A stretch of DNA of 64,000 nt from a bacterium. Its GTDB lineage: Bacteria > Bacillota > Clostridia > Lachnospirales > Lachnospiraceae. This document shows, in pieces, positions 19,245 through 29,592 of the stretch. The notes beneath the pieces were generated by a model. It saw only the letters and a program-made list of their open reading frames with translations, was not told where the DNA came from and did no database searches. The stretch is from contig JAQYCU010000066.1 of assembly GCA_028724545.1 (NCBI GenBank), positions 417 to 64,416 on the forward strand. The letters run 5' to 3'. A program made the translations under genes and the position numbers. Numbering within the stretch: position 1 is the stretch's first letter; the number at the start of each line of letters is the position of its first letter.

Positions 19245-19589
19245 AAAAACTCCTTTCAAATGGTGTGTAAAAATCAGTGATGACATTTCTCTTTCCCGGA
19301 TGAGCGACATCTCTGGCAGCATGCCTGATTCAAAATAAAGGAAACTTCATTCCAGGAACGTCTTAAACAAAAAATTTTTTTGTTGAATCGCCGGCTACAT
19401 TGGAGCAGCAGGAATAGTTTGTGAAAACAACGCATAATAAAACTCCGGATTGCTTTTCTTATATTATATTATGTGGAATCACGGGAATTGTCAAAGAAGG
19501 AAGGAAAACTGTGTGCCTGAAAGGAAACAGAACCATTGAAAATCTGAAAGGCAGCAGAATTATCAGAAAAAAGGAAAGAGGAATACGTT

Positions 19590-20963
19590 ATGAAAGAACA
19601 AAAAGAAAATTCATTTATTACAGGCTCCGTCTTCGGTGCTTTGATACGATTTGCGATTCCCGTATTGGGGGCACTTGTTTTGCAGGCTGCGTATGGTGCA
19701 GTTGATTTGCTGGTGGTTGGCCAGTTCGGGGACGCCTCCAGCATATCGGCAGTAGGTACGGGCAGCAGTTTTATGCAGATGGTAACATTTATTATTACCA
19801 GTCTGGCGATGGGTTCTACGGTTGTCATCGGTCAGCATATCGGTGCGCAGAAACAGAAAAATGCAGGAGATGCCGTAGGAACCACGATAGTTATGTTTAC
19901 GATATTAGGCGTTGTGCTGACGGTTATTCTGGAAATTTTCGCAAAGAATATTGTGCAGATTCTGCAGGTGCCGGAAGCATCTTTTGGCAAAGCCGTTTTG
20001 TATATAAGAATTTGCTCTGGTGGCATTGTTGTTATTATTGCCTACAATGTTATCAGTGGTGTTTTGCGAGGCGTAGGAAATGCCAACTTACCATTTCTTT
20101 TTGTGGGTGTTGCCTGCCTGGTCAATATCATTGGGGACTTTCTGTTTGTAGGCGCGCTGAAAATGGATGTGGTTGGTGCTGCTCTTGCAACTGTTCTGGC
20201 GCAGTTTGTGTCAGTCGTGGTATCTGTTTTTGTGATTCGCAGGCAAAACCTGCCGGTTTCCTTTTCGCTGCAGCAGTGCCGGATTTATGGGAAAGAATTA
20301 AAAAGAATTTTGAATATCGGTCTGCCGATAGCACTTCAGGAAACAACCGTGCAGATTTCGTTTCTGGTTATCAATTCGATTATCAATGATATGGGACTGA
20401 TGCAGTCTGCAGGATATGGAGTTGCCCAGAAAATTGTATCGTTTATTATGCTGATTCCTTCGGCAATAATGCAGAGTGTATCTGCTTTTGTGGCACAAAA
20501 TATCGGAGCAGGACAGAGGGCACGTGCAAAGAAGGGATTCTTTACGGCAGTATTTACAGGCTGCAGTGTCGGGGTTGTGATTTTCTTTGCCGGATTTTTC
20601 GGTGGGGGAGTACTGTCGTCCATATTTACAAGTGATGCGGCAGTTATTGCGCAGAGTGCAGACTATTTAAGAGGATTTTCTGTTGAATGTATTTTAACCT
20701 GTGTTCTGTTTAGCAGCATCGGCTATTTTAACGGATGTGGCAAAAGCCTCCCGGTTATGGTACAGGGAATTACATCAGCATTTTTAATCCGTATTCCGGT
20801 ATCTGTTTATATGTCAAAACTGCCGAATACTTCACTGATGTTAGTGGGACTGGCAACACCGATTACTACGATATATGGTATTTTATTTTTTGGTATCTGC
20901 TTTGCGTGGCTGGCCTATCGAAGGAAAAATCCGGTAGACAAGCACATAGAAAATAGCATATAA
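19590..20963 (+). CDS. MATE-family efflux transporter
   Basis: 457 aa with about 12 TM segments. The N-terminus (GSVFGALIRFAIPVLGALVLQAAYGAVDLLVVGQFG) is typical of MATE/NorM proteins. Confidence 0.9.
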   Translation: MKEQKENSFITGSVFGALIRFAIPVLGALVLQAAYGAVDLLVVGQFGDASSISAVGTGSSFMQMVTFIITSLAMGSTVVIGQHIGAQKQKNAGDAVGTTIVMFTILGVVLTVILEIFAKNIVQILQVPEASFGKAVLYIRICSGGIVVIIAYNVISGVLRGVGNANLPFLFVGVACLVNIIGDFLFVGALKMDVVGAALATVLAQFVSVVVSVFVIRRQNLPVSFSLQQCRIYGKELKRILNIGLPIALQETTVQISFLVINSIINDMGLMQSAGYGVAQKIVSFIMLIPSAIMQSVSAFVAQNIGAGQRARAKKGFFTAVFTGCSVGVVIFFAGFFGGGVLSSIFTSDAAVIAQSADYLRGFSVECILTCVLFSSIGYFNGCGKSLPVMVQGITSAFLIRIPVSVYMSKLPNTSLMLVGLATPITTIYGILFFGICFAWLAYRRKNPVDKHIENSI

Positions 20964-21545
20964 TGCAATGCCGGAAACGACATCCAAGAAAGAATGCTGC
21001 TTTAAGAACATTGTGGATAAGCAGATTAAAATGCAGAGAATGCGTGATGCCATTCGCCAGCCTTTACGGTTACGGAAATTGTGCGAAGTTGCAAATGCGA
21101 TATGGATGGCAATGGCATTGTAAACGTGAATGCTTGGCAATACATTTGTATTGGTATCGCTTGCATAAATAAACTGAACAATATCCGTAAAAATATTTGT
21201 GCGTGTAAAGTGTTCCGGGCGCATATTCTGTGCATTTGGAAAGATAAAATAAATGAACAGACAGGTTGACATACCAAGTATCAGGGTAATGACACAATGG
21301 TAGAAATCTTCCAGATGTTCTTTTTGAAAATACAAATAAATAACTACAACAGCTACATAAAAGAACCATAGCACGTAGGGAATGACAAAGAGTTCACAAA
21401 AAGGAATCCAGTCATCTACGATACAGTGAATGGTGGTACAAGGAATATCTCTTTTCTCTAACCATCCAAAACAGAACAGATAGATGGGAAGATAAAGAAT
21501 AAAAAGGATATGTTTATTGTTTAATAAAAATTTTTTGAAATTCAT
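20883..21545 (-). CDS. PAP2-superfamily membrane phosphatase-like protein
   Basis: ORF 20883..21560, with ATG 21545 preferred (AGGAA SD). Contains PSIHV and KQHSFLDVVSG motifs. The 3' end overlaps the convergent MATE gene by 81 nt. Confidence 0.7.
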   Translation of the reverse strand: MNFKKFLLNNKHILFILYLPIYLFCFGWLEKRDIPCTTIHCIVDDWIPFCELFVIPYVLWFFYVAVVVIYLYFQKEHLEDFYHCVITLILGMSTCLFIYFIFPNAQNMRPEHFTRTNIFTDIVQFIYASDTNTNVLPSIHVYNAIAIHIAFATSHNFRNRKGWRMASRILCILICLSTMFLKQHSFLDVVSGIALYAIFYVLVYRIFPSIGQPRKADTKK

Positions 21546-21674
21546 AATAATTCCTGCCATTTCCAGAGGTTTAATTTTCGTTTTATGTTATGTCGTGTTT
21601 TTTGATTTATTACCGTTTTTTATGCTGTGTTGCGCTTTTCGATTTATCAGCATTTTTATACGATACGGTTTACA

Positions 21675-22235
21675 TTACCATTTTGGAGAATGTTTCCAGT
21701 CGATATTTTTGCGAATATAGGCAAAGGTGGCTTCTTCGCCTTCTTCTGCCAGCATATGCAGCAGTTTTTCTAATAAATCTTTTGCGTCTTTGTGCATAAC
21801 ATAATGTGCTTTGTTTCTTTCATAATATTGTAAGGCAAAAGAGTCATCATAATTTTCCCGGTTATAGTTTTTACTGGCTGCAATCCGGTCACAAAACATT
21901 TCCAAAACGTAGCGCGTCGGCATAGGCATACCTTGCAGTCCGGCACTCGGGTCCAGTGTGTAGTCAATCCAGTATTCATAATGATGCCGGTTGCGTCCTT
22001 TGTGGTGCAGCCAGGCGGAAGAATAACCTTTGGCCGTCTTCTCGCCAAAGTTAGGACTTTTTTTGCCCCCCTGATAGTTACGGACACCGTTCCAAAATTC
22101 AACCGGTGAATATTTTGACCAGTCATGTACGATGCCCTGTTTGTATAAGCCTGCCCGGAAACAATACCGGCGAACTAATTTTTTGTGATGCAAAATTGTT
22201 TTTGTATGTCCGATAAAATTGTGCCAGAAACTCAT
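21675..22235 (-). CDS. Conserved His-rich hypothetical protein (DUF5662-like)
   Basis: 186 aa. Contains HHKKLV, HDWSKYSPVEF and WLHHKGRNRHHYEYW. The family name is from memory only. Confidence 0.6.
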   Translation of the reverse strand: MSFWHNFIGHTKTILHHKKLVRRYCFRAGLYKQGIVHDWSKYSPVEFWNGVRNYQGGKKSPNFGEKTAKGYSSAWLHHKGRNRHHYEYWIDYTLDPSAGLQGMPMPTRYVLEMFCDRIAASKNYNRENYDDSFALQYYERNKAHYVMHKDAKDLLEKLLHMLAEEGEEATFAYIRKNIDWKHSPKW

Positions 22236-22322
22236 GATGCCCTTCTTTCTTATGTTCTTCTAGTTAAAATTGCCATATCTAATAAATATAGCACACTTTC
22301 TGCGAAATTCATAGTAGTAATG

Positions 22323-22360
22323 CAAAAACCTCGCACAAACTGTAATATTCATGCGAGGTT
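22323..22360 (-). terminator. Intrinsic terminator after the ABC exporter pair
   Basis: aacctcgca / tgcgaggtt stem with a T-run on the minus strand (plus-strand aaaaa at 22324-22328). Confidence 0.7.
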
Positions 22361-22369
22361 CTTTTGAAA

Positions 22370-24154
22370 TCAGTTAATATTATACTGTGACATAAACAAT
22401 TCGTAATATGGTCCTTTTTGTGCCAGCAGTTGCTCATGGGTGCCGGCTTCAACAATGCCTCCGTTGTTAATGTACATAATGCAGTCGGCATTCTGGATGG
22501 TGGACAATCTGTGTGCAATGATAAAAGAAGTTCTTCCCTGCAGGAGATGGTTGAGACCTTCCTGCAAAACGAGTTCGGTTTCTGTATCAATACTGGAGGT
22601 TGCCTCGTCCAAAATCAGAATGGCCGGGTCTGCCAGAAGGGCACGGGCAAAAGAAATCAGCTGACGCTGTCCGGCTGACAAACGGCTTCCACGTTCGTTA
22701 ACCTCTGTCTGGTAACCGTTTTCCATCTGCATAATAAAATCGTGAGCGCAAACAGTTTTGGCTGCACGGATTACTTCTTCATCCGTTGCTGTCTTATTTC
22801 CATAACGGATATTATCCATAATAGTGCCACTGAAGATGAAACTGTCCTGCATCATAACACCCATTTGTGTACGTAGAGAATGCAGGGTAACTTTTGAAAT
22901 ATCAATGCCATCAATCAGCACTTTGCCGGAATCTACATTATAGAAACGGCTCAGCAGATTGACAATAGTTGTTTTTCCGGCACCGGTAGGACCGACAAAA
23001 GCAATCGTTTCTCCCGGTTTAACCTGAAAATTGACATCTTTTAAAATCTTAACACCATCTTCATAACTGAAATCAACGTGCTCAAAAGCAACACTTCCTT
23101 TAATTTCAGGCATTTCCACGGCATCCTTGGCATCCTTTATCTCTACCGGCTCATCAATCGTTTCAAAGATTCTTTCCAGATAGGAAACAGCTGTAACCAT
23201 ACTGTTGTAGAAACCGGCAATCGTATTGATTGGTGTCCAGAAACGGCTGATATAAGCCGTAAATGCAACCAGTATTCCCACACTGACGCCAAATTCATTG
23301 CCGTTTGCGATATAAGATACACCGGCTACGTAGATGAAAGCTGTTGTTATTGTGGAAATCAAATCCACCATCGGGCCCATTGCGAAGCCATAATAACTGG
23401 CGTGCATCCAGGCATCACGGTAACTTTTGCTCAGGTGATTAAAAATCTGTGTATTTTCCTTTTCACGGACGAAGGCCTGCGTTACACGGATTCCGTTAAT
23501 GCTTTCTGCAATATAGGCATTCAGGTTAGACTGCTTGTTGTTCTGTACCTGCCAGGCACGGTGCTGATATTTTTTGATTAATAAAACAAACAGAAACAGA
23601 ACCGGCAGACCACACAGACAGATAAGAGTAAGACGTGGACTCATACTAAACATAAACGTGATAATAAAAATCAGGTTAAATAAATCCGTAATCGTTCCTA
23701 AAATACCATTGGAAAGGATGTCACTTAAATTGTTGACATAATTGACAACCCTTACCTGAATTTTGCCGTGTGGACGTTCATCATAATAGGAAAAAGGAAG
23801 TTCCTGCAGATGATGAAAAATATCTTCGCGCAACTGATGGATAATATCCTGTCCTACGGAAACGGTCAACTGTATTACGATACGGATACAGATGGCATCA
23901 TACAGACAGATGGCTGCTGTCAGCAGAGTCAGGCCGACAATGCCTTTTATATTGCCGTCAGGAATGTAGATGTCCATTTCTAGCTGCATAAATTTTGGAA
24001 TAAAAGTTACCAAAAAGGCAGATGACAGCATAAAGAATAAGGCAATCAACATCTTCTTTTTATATGGTGTAATGTATTTTATAAGCCGCTTAAACTGGCT
24101 GGCATCGAACTTTTCTTCTAATGTTTCATCGATATCATAACGGTTTCTTGCCAT
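22370..24154 (-). CDS. ABC exporter half-transporter (TMD-NBD)
   Basis: Six-TM N-terminal domain. Walker A GPTGAGKTT, signature LSAGQRQ, Walker B ILILDEATS. Confidence 0.93.
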   Translation of the reverse strand: MARNRYDIDETLEEKFDASQFKRLIKYITPYKKKMLIALFFMLSSAFLVTFIPKFMQLEMDIYIPDGNIKGIVGLTLLTAAICLYDAICIRIVIQLTVSVGQDIIHQLREDIFHHLQELPFSYYDERPHGKIQVRVVNYVNNLSDILSNGILGTITDLFNLIFIITFMFSMSPRLTLICLCGLPVLFLFVLLIKKYQHRAWQVQNNKQSNLNAYIAESINGIRVTQAFVREKENTQIFNHLSKSYRDAWMHASYYGFAMGPMVDLISTITTAFIYVAGVSYIANGNEFGVSVGILVAFTAYISRFWTPINTIAGFYNSMVTAVSYLERIFETIDEPVEIKDAKDAVEMPEIKGSVAFEHVDFSYEDGVKILKDVNFQVKPGETIAFVGPTGAGKTTIVNLLSRFYNVDSGKVLIDGIDISKVTLHSLRTQMGVMMQDSFIFSGTIMDNIRYGNKTATDEEVIRAAKTVCAHDFIMQMENGYQTEVNERGSRLSAGQRQLISFARALLADPAILILDEATSSIDTETELVLQEGLNHLLQGRTSFIIAHRLSTIQNADCIMYINNGGIVEAGTHEQLLAQKGPYYELFMSQYNIN

Positions 24155-24178
24155 ATTATCTCACATCCTTTCAAAAAT

Positions 24179-25900
24179 TTACTGCTCCGGGAACTGGTGA
24201 CGGTATACGGTAGCATAATAGCCGTTCTTTTTTATCAGTTCCTCATGGGTACCACGCTCAATAATTTCGCCCTTGTCCAGTACAAAAATCTGGTCGGCTT
24301 TCATAATAGAAGAAATACGGTACGCAATAATAAATATGGTACAAGTATGGTTAATATTTTCTAATTGTTTCTGGATATAACTTTCGGTTTCCATATCGAC
24401 TGCTGAAGTAGTATCATCCAGTATCAGAATCGACGGGTCTTTCAGCAATGCTCTGGCAAGGGAAATACGCTGCTTCTGTCCACCGGAGAGTCCCACACCA
24501 CGTTCGCCTACAATGGTGTCATAACCGTCGGGAAGTCCCTCAATAAAAGAGTCGGCATCAGCCATTTTGGCAACTTCCTGCACTTTCTCAAAACTGCATT
24601 CCGGTTTGCCGTAAGCAATATTTCCTTCTATTGTGTCAGAGAATAAAAATACATCCTGCATAGCGATTCCGATATTGTCACGCAGCTGGTACATATCCAT
24701 ATCTTTTACATTGATGCCGTCTACCAGAACTTCACCCTGCGTCGTGTCAAAGAAACGGCACAGCAGGTTCATAATAGTAGATTTTCCGGCTCCTGTTGTT
24801 CCGATGATACCAATTGTTTCTCCCTGCTTTACATCAAAATTGATATTGTGCAGAATGTCCTCATCATCAGCAGAATAGGAAACATTCTGGAATGTAACAT
24901 TTCCGGATAATTTTTTTCGTTCAACGGGATGCTTTGGCTTTTTGATATCCGGCTCGGCAGAGTAGGTATCGTATATTTTTTCTACAGACGTAGTAAATCT
25001 CTGCACGTCATTAATCCACCATCCGGCCATACGAAGTGGTGTTGTCAGCATCCATAAATAGCCGTTTACGGCTACCAGGTCACCCATTGTCATCTGCTTT
25101 TTGATTACCATAATGCCACCAATCAGCATCAGCAGAATATTCAGGGCATAGGACAGCAGTTCAAAAATAGGAACAAACCGTTTCCAGATGCGTGATGCAT
25201 TCAGCTCGGCTTCCCGGTATTTATCATTTTCGACAGAAAATTTTTCGATTTCATAATCTTCTTTGGCAAAGGCTTTAACCACACGGTTTCCACTGATGTT
25301 TTCCTGCACAAATGCGTTCAGGCTTGAGAAAGCATTACGGCAGTTTTTGAATGCCGGTTTTACGGATTTTGCCTGCATATAGGTAGTAATGGCTGCGAGT
25401 GGAAGCACAATAACCATACAGAGTGCCAGTGGTACATTAATCATAAAAATCATTACCAGTGCCAGTATGAAATAAAGCACATTTTCATAAATAATGTAGA
25501 TAACGTATGCAATAAAATGACGGATGGCATCCATATCGCCTGTCTGTCTGCTCATCAGGTCGCCGGTACGGTTTTTGTTGTAGAAAGCAAAGTCTTCCTG
25601 CAACAGTTTCCGGTAAACCTTGTCACGCATTTTGTAAATAACGCCCTGCGAACTTGTTTCAAAAAGAATCTGGGAAGAAACCCGGCAGATACCTTTTAAT
25701 ATAACAAGGCCAATCAGTAAACCAATCATTGGCATCAGCAGGTCGTAATGTTCTGCAACGATTACGTCATCTACTATGATTTTGGATATGTACGGGCTGG
25801 CAAGTGCAGAGGCAACCAGTATCGTGACCAGAACCATTCCCCAGAACATACGCCATTTATACTGTTTCAAAAAAGAATAAAACCATTTCATGGGAGTCAT
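24179..25900 (-). CDS. ABC exporter half-transporter (TMD-NBD), likely heterodimer partner
   Basis: SD GGAGG lies 8 nt before ATG 25900. Walker A GTTGAGKST, signature LSGGQKQR, Walker B ILILDDTTS. Confidence 0.93.
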   Translation of the reverse strand: MTPMKWFYSFLKQYKWRMFWGMVLVTILVASALASPYISKIIVDDVIVAEHYDLLMPMIGLLIGLVILKGICRVSSQILFETSSQGVIYKMRDKVYRKLLQEDFAFYNKNRTGDLMSRQTGDMDAIRHFIAYVIYIIYENVLYFILALVMIFMINVPLALCMVIVLPLAAITTYMQAKSVKPAFKNCRNAFSSLNAFVQENISGNRVVKAFAKEDYEIEKFSVENDKYREAELNASRIWKRFVPIFELLSYALNILLMLIGGIMVIKKQMTMGDLVAVNGYLWMLTTPLRMAGWWINDVQRFTTSVEKIYDTYSAEPDIKKPKHPVERKKLSGNVTFQNVSYSADDEDILHNINFDVKQGETIGIIGTTGAGKSTIMNLLCRFFDTTQGEVLVDGINVKDMDMYQLRDNIGIAMQDVFLFSDTIEGNIAYGKPECSFEKVQEVAKMADADSFIEGLPDGYDTIVGERGVGLSGGQKQRISLARALLKDPSILILDDTTSAVDMETESYIQKQLENINHTCTIFIIAYRISSIMKADQIFVLDKGEIIERGTHEELIKKNGYYATVYRHQFPEQ

Positions 25901-26325
25901 ATGAATACTCCTCCTTTCTCCTGTAATTAATATCGTCTGTTGTTTCTGCTTTGCTTATCAAAAAGCAGATTTTTCTTTTTACTTTTATAGGGTATGTGTA
26001 TTGTATTAAAAATGGTTTTAATATAATATAATGTGTGTCTACAAAAATTGTACAAATCTATCTTTTTTGAGGATTTGTTTTTATGAATTTTGAAAAAATA
26101 TTTGTAGAAAAGAAAAAAAGCAGTGATTTTTAGGTAATTTTTTGAAGCCTTCAGGAAGAGTAGGAAGGCGAGAGGGAAAAATAAGGATAGAATAAAACAA
26201 TTTAATTTTCTTTTTGGGATAAAATTACATAAAAAGAACAAGTTGCTCTGATGGCAGACGAAAAATTAGAGATTTTCTCGTCGCCCGTTCACAACAAGTT
26301 ACTTAGATAAGAAAGGAAGATTATT

Positions 26326-27348
26326 ATGCAGAATTTATTTGAGTATACAGATGGCTTGAACCAGCCGATGGAAGCTTTTTATCACGCAACGCAGCCGTGG
26401 AATTTCCCGATTCTTCCCCACTGGCACTATTTTATAGAAATTATTTATCTGCAAAACGGGGCAGTAGAGGCAACCTGTGGAGATTATGTCTATACGCTGA
26501 GGGCAGGCGATTTGATTATATTTTGTCCACAGAAGGTTCATTCCGTAGACATTCTGGAGGACTTAAATGCGCCGTCGGGCTTAAATGCAGCGAAAAAAGC
26601 ATCGCAGACGCGAATTTTTTCTTCTGTCAAAAAGCCAAAACGGGATACGCAGCACAATGCGATTTATCCGATTGCAACAAACAATTCTGAATTGCAGGAG
26701 GAAGAATCAGCGATTTCCTACCGGGTGCTTAAATTTGATTTGAATTTTCTGAATACCAATAATAATTTCAAAACGCAATTTTCCAAAACGCTTTTGCACG
26801 CATTTGAAGAAAATCCGGAAAATATTTATTTTTCTGCTGATATGCTGCAGAATACGCCGATAGCCGGTTATATGGAAGATTGTATCCGGGAAATGAGCTG
26901 TCAAGATTATGGGTATGATATTATTTCCAGTTCGCTTGCGTCAGCGCTTCTGGCAGAACTGATGCGCATCTGGCGCAAGAGAGGGCTTTGCATCGATGAA
27001 ATTATCAGTGATTCTTCCGTGGGCAACAGGGCTTTTGACGAAATAACGCAATATATTGACAATCATTACAATGAAACGCTGCAGGTGCAGGAACTTGCTG
27101 CTCAGTGCAATATGAGCTATTCGTATTTTGCCAAACTTTTTCGCAAGACCTATAACCAGTCCTGCAAAGAATATATTGAGTTTATTCGTATTAATAAGGT
27201 GCTGGAACTGTTGCGTTTTACCAATCTGGACCTTACCTATATCAGTCAGGAAACCGGTTTTGCCGATTGCAGCCATCTGATTCGCACATTTAAAAAGAAG
27301 AAAGGCATGACACCTAAGCAGTGGCGAAAGGCATATGGGTACAAGTAA
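26326..27348 (+). CDS. AraC-family transcriptional regulator (cupin N-domain with an insertion)
   Basis: C-terminal double HTH (MSYSYFAKLFRKTY, FADCSHLIRTFKKKKGMTP). Divergent from the ABC exporter operon. Confidence 0.9.
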   Translation: MQNLFEYTDGLNQPMEAFYHATQPWNFPILPHWHYFIEIIYLQNGAVEATCGDYVYTLRAGDLIIFCPQKVHSVDILEDLNAPSGLNAAKKASQTRIFSSVKKPKRDTQHNAIYPIATNNSELQEEESAISYRVLKFDLNFLNTNNNFKTQFSKTLLHAFEENPENIYFSADMLQNTPIAGYMEDCIREMSCQDYGYDIISSSLASALLAELMRIWRKRGLCIDEIISDSSVGNRAFDEITQYIDNHYNETLQVQELAAQCNMSYSYFAKLFRKTYNQSCKEYIEFIRINKVLELLRFTNLDLTYISQETGFADCSHLIRTFKKKKGMTPKQWRKAYGYK

Positions 27349-27495
27349 ACAAATTCAGCAGTAGCAGTTTTTGCCGTTGTGTGTTATATTAATATAAGAT
27401 GGCGATTTTTGCAGCTTGAAAGTGCAAATGACTTTAGAAAAATAAGCAGATTTTAGGGTATGCAGAAAGTCTGATGATGTCAGAGGAGGCAGAAA

Positions 27496-28203
27496 ATGTA
27501 TACATTTGATAGCAGAGTACGATATAGTGAAACAGCAGAAGACGGCAGAATGAGTGTCAGTGCCATAATTGATTATATGCAGGACTGCACCAATTTTCAG
27601 TCAGAAGATTTGGGAGTAGGCTTAGAATGGCATAAGGAACGTCAGTTAATGTGGGTATTAAATTCGTGGCAGATTGTGATTGAGCAGTACCCGAAGATGG
27701 GAGAAAAGATTACGGTAGGAACGCAGTCTTACGGCTTTGAGAAGATGTTTGGTTATCGTAACTTTCTGATTACGGACAGTACCGGAGCGTGTGTGGCAAA
27801 AGCAAATTCCATCTGGGTTCTGATGGATTTGAAGAGAGGACGTCCTATGATGGTTACGCCGGAAATTGGAGAAATCTACGGCAAGGCAGAGCCATTGGAA
27901 ATGGATTATGCCCCACGCAAGATAAAGCTTCCGGAGGAAGGCGTTACCAAAGAAGAGATTATTGTCCGGGAATATCATCTGGATACAAACCATCACGTTA
28001 ATAATCGCCAGTATGTGCAGATGGCGATGGAATTTTTGGGACATCAGGATAAAGTCAGCCAGCTGCGTGTGGAATACAAGAAGCAGGCTGTGCTCGGTGA
28101 CCGGATTATTCCTGTTGTTTATCAGGAAGGCCAGAAAGAAGTGTTTGTGGCTTTGAATGGGGAAGATGGAAAGCCATATGCTATTGTGCAGTTCTTTTTG
28201 TAG
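27496..28203 (+). CDS. Acyl-ACP thioesterase
   Basis: 235 aa with double hot-dog architecture. The N-terminus YTFDSRVRYSETAEDGRMSVSAIIDYMQD is typical of bacterial FatA/B-like thioesterases. Confidence 0.85.
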   Translation: MYTFDSRVRYSETAEDGRMSVSAIIDYMQDCTNFQSEDLGVGLEWHKERQLMWVLNSWQIVIEQYPKMGEKITVGTQSYGFEKMFGYRNFLITDSTGACVAKANSIWVLMDLKRGRPMMVTPEIGEIYGKAEPLEMDYAPRKIKLPEEGVTKEEIIVREYHLDTNHHVNNRQYVQMAMEFLGHQDKVSQLRVEYKKQAVLGDRIIPVVYQEGQKEVFVALNGEDGKPYAIVQFFL

Positions 28204-28214
28204 GAGGGAGAGTT

Positions 28215-28967
28215 ATGGTTTTGAGTATAATTCTAATGCTGTTAGGTGTTATTAGCATTGTATATTTTGTGACTTATGCGATGACGATTGGTATTAATGA
28301 TACATTTTTGTATATCTGGGCAATGCTGGGTATTGTCCTTGTTCTCTGGGGACTGCTTCACAGATGGATTGTGAAGACAGAGCATTTGACGGCAAAACGG
28401 GCAGAGCAGATTGTGGCAGGTATCGTCTGCATCGGTCTGGCTGTATTTGTTATTATGCTGGGCAGTCTGATTCGGGAAGGCAATAAAGAGCCGGAAAAAA
28501 ATGCAGATTATGTTGTTGTGCTGGGAGCACATGTTTTCGGAGAGAGAATGAGTGCGAATTTGAGATACCGTGTGGAAGCTGCCTGTGAATATCTGAAAGA
28601 AAACCCACAGACAAAAGCCGTTTTATCCGGTGGTCAGGGACGTGGCGAAGATATTTCTGAGGCAGAGGCAATGCGCCGTTATCTGACAGAAAAGGGAATT
28701 GCGTCGGACAGGCTTTTGCTGGATGAAACTTCCGTCAACACGGACCAGAATATTGCAAACAGTGTTAATTTAATTGGTGGAAAAGATAAGAAAATTGTGA
28801 TTGTAAGTAACGATTTTCATATTTATCGTGCAAAGAGAATCGCAAAAAAGCAGGGACTGCAGTATGTGGACGGTCTGGGTTCTAAAACGTATCCCCAGAC
28901 GGTTCCGAATGCATATGCGCGCGAAGTGCTTGCTGTATTGAAATACAAATTGTGTGGACAGATATAG
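28215..28967 (+). CDS. YdcF/SanA-type DUF218 membrane-anchored protein
   Basis: N-terminal TM segments followed by VVVLGAHVFGERMSANLRYRVEAACEYL ... SGGQG ... TSVNTDQN. Confidence 0.8.
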   Translation: MVLSIILMLLGVISIVYFVTYAMTIGINDTFLYIWAMLGIVLVLWGLLHRWIVKTEHLTAKRAEQIVAGIVCIGLAVFVIMLGSLIREGNKEPEKNADYVVVLGAHVFGERMSANLRYRVEAACEYLKENPQTKAVLSGGQGRGEDISEAEAMRRYLTEKGIASDRLLLDETSVNTDQNIANSVNLIGGKDKKIVIVSNDFHIYRAKRIAKKQGLQYVDGLGSKTYPQTVPNAYAREVLAVLKYKLCGQI

Positions 28968-29010
28968 AAAAGAAAAGGCGATTTACAAAGTCATTAAGAA
29001 TGGAGATACT

Positions 29011-29562
29011 ATGACAGACCAGAAAACAGATTACCGGCTGCTGCTGACGGCAGCTATGGGCGTGTTTGTTATTGCCGTTATGTGCTGGGGAGTCTATGGA
29101 ATGATTCGTGATATGAACCAGACAGAAACCGTGCAGACAGAACAGACCAAAGTGAAGAAACAAAAAAAGACGGATAAAAAGTTAGATGAAAATGCTTTGA
29201 TTACTAATTTGCTGAAAACAGTGGCATTTGAAACCGAATTAAAAAAGTTGGATGACTCTGTGGCAGGTGGTATGATTGCAACGGAAGAAGGCACAAAATT
29301 ACAGGTTTATATGGGAAATGGCTCCTATGCAGATGAAATTATTGTTATGACAGCAGAAAATGAAAAGGCTGCGCAGACAAATCAGGAAAATGCCAAGACA
29401 CATTTAGATGAAATGGAAACAATGTTTCGGGATTATATTCCAAAAGAAGCAAAAAAAATAGAAAATGCCGTAAGAGTCCGTTGTGGATGTTATGTGATAG
29501 TATGTGTTACGTCCGATACAGATACGGCAAAGAAAGTTATTGATGCAGCGATAGACCAGTGA
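29011..29562 (+). CDS. DUF4358-like membrane-anchored protein
   Basis: ORF 28954..29562. ATG 29011 lies behind GGAGA. One TM, with C-terminal motif DEIIVMTAENEKAAQ ... VRCGCYVIVCV. Confidence 0.65.
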   Translation: MTDQKTDYRLLLTAAMGVFVIAVMCWGVYGMIRDMNQTETVQTEQTKVKKQKKTDKKLDENALITNLLKTVAFETELKKLDDSVAGGMIATEEGTKLQVYMGNGSYADEIIVMTAENEKAAQTNQENAKTHLDEMETMFRDYIPKEAKKIENAVRVRCGCYVIVCVTSDTDTAKKVIDAAIDQ

Positions 29563-29592
29563 TGATTCAGATATATGGGAGAATATGCCGGG

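Noticed and set aside
19245-19589. Possible riboswitch in the 345-nt divergent region before the MATE gene
   Set aside because: The leader is purine-rich with only trivial 3-4-bp hairpins. It shows no resemblance to the guanidine/ykkC or other motifs I can recall.
23078-23581. 167-aa plus-strand ORF, and similar ORFs of 60-130 aa throughout the six-frame track
   Set aside because: They are nested antisense or out of frame within strongly supported genes. None has an SD or a recognisable motif.
25927-26241. 104-aa minus-strand ORF, and low-complexity inverted A/T runs (about 25975 and 26104), as a possible invertible promoter
   Set aside because: The ORF is an AT-rich artefact (Phe/Lys/Asn/Ile). 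The inverted arms are homopolymer-like, and no recombinase gene is nearby.
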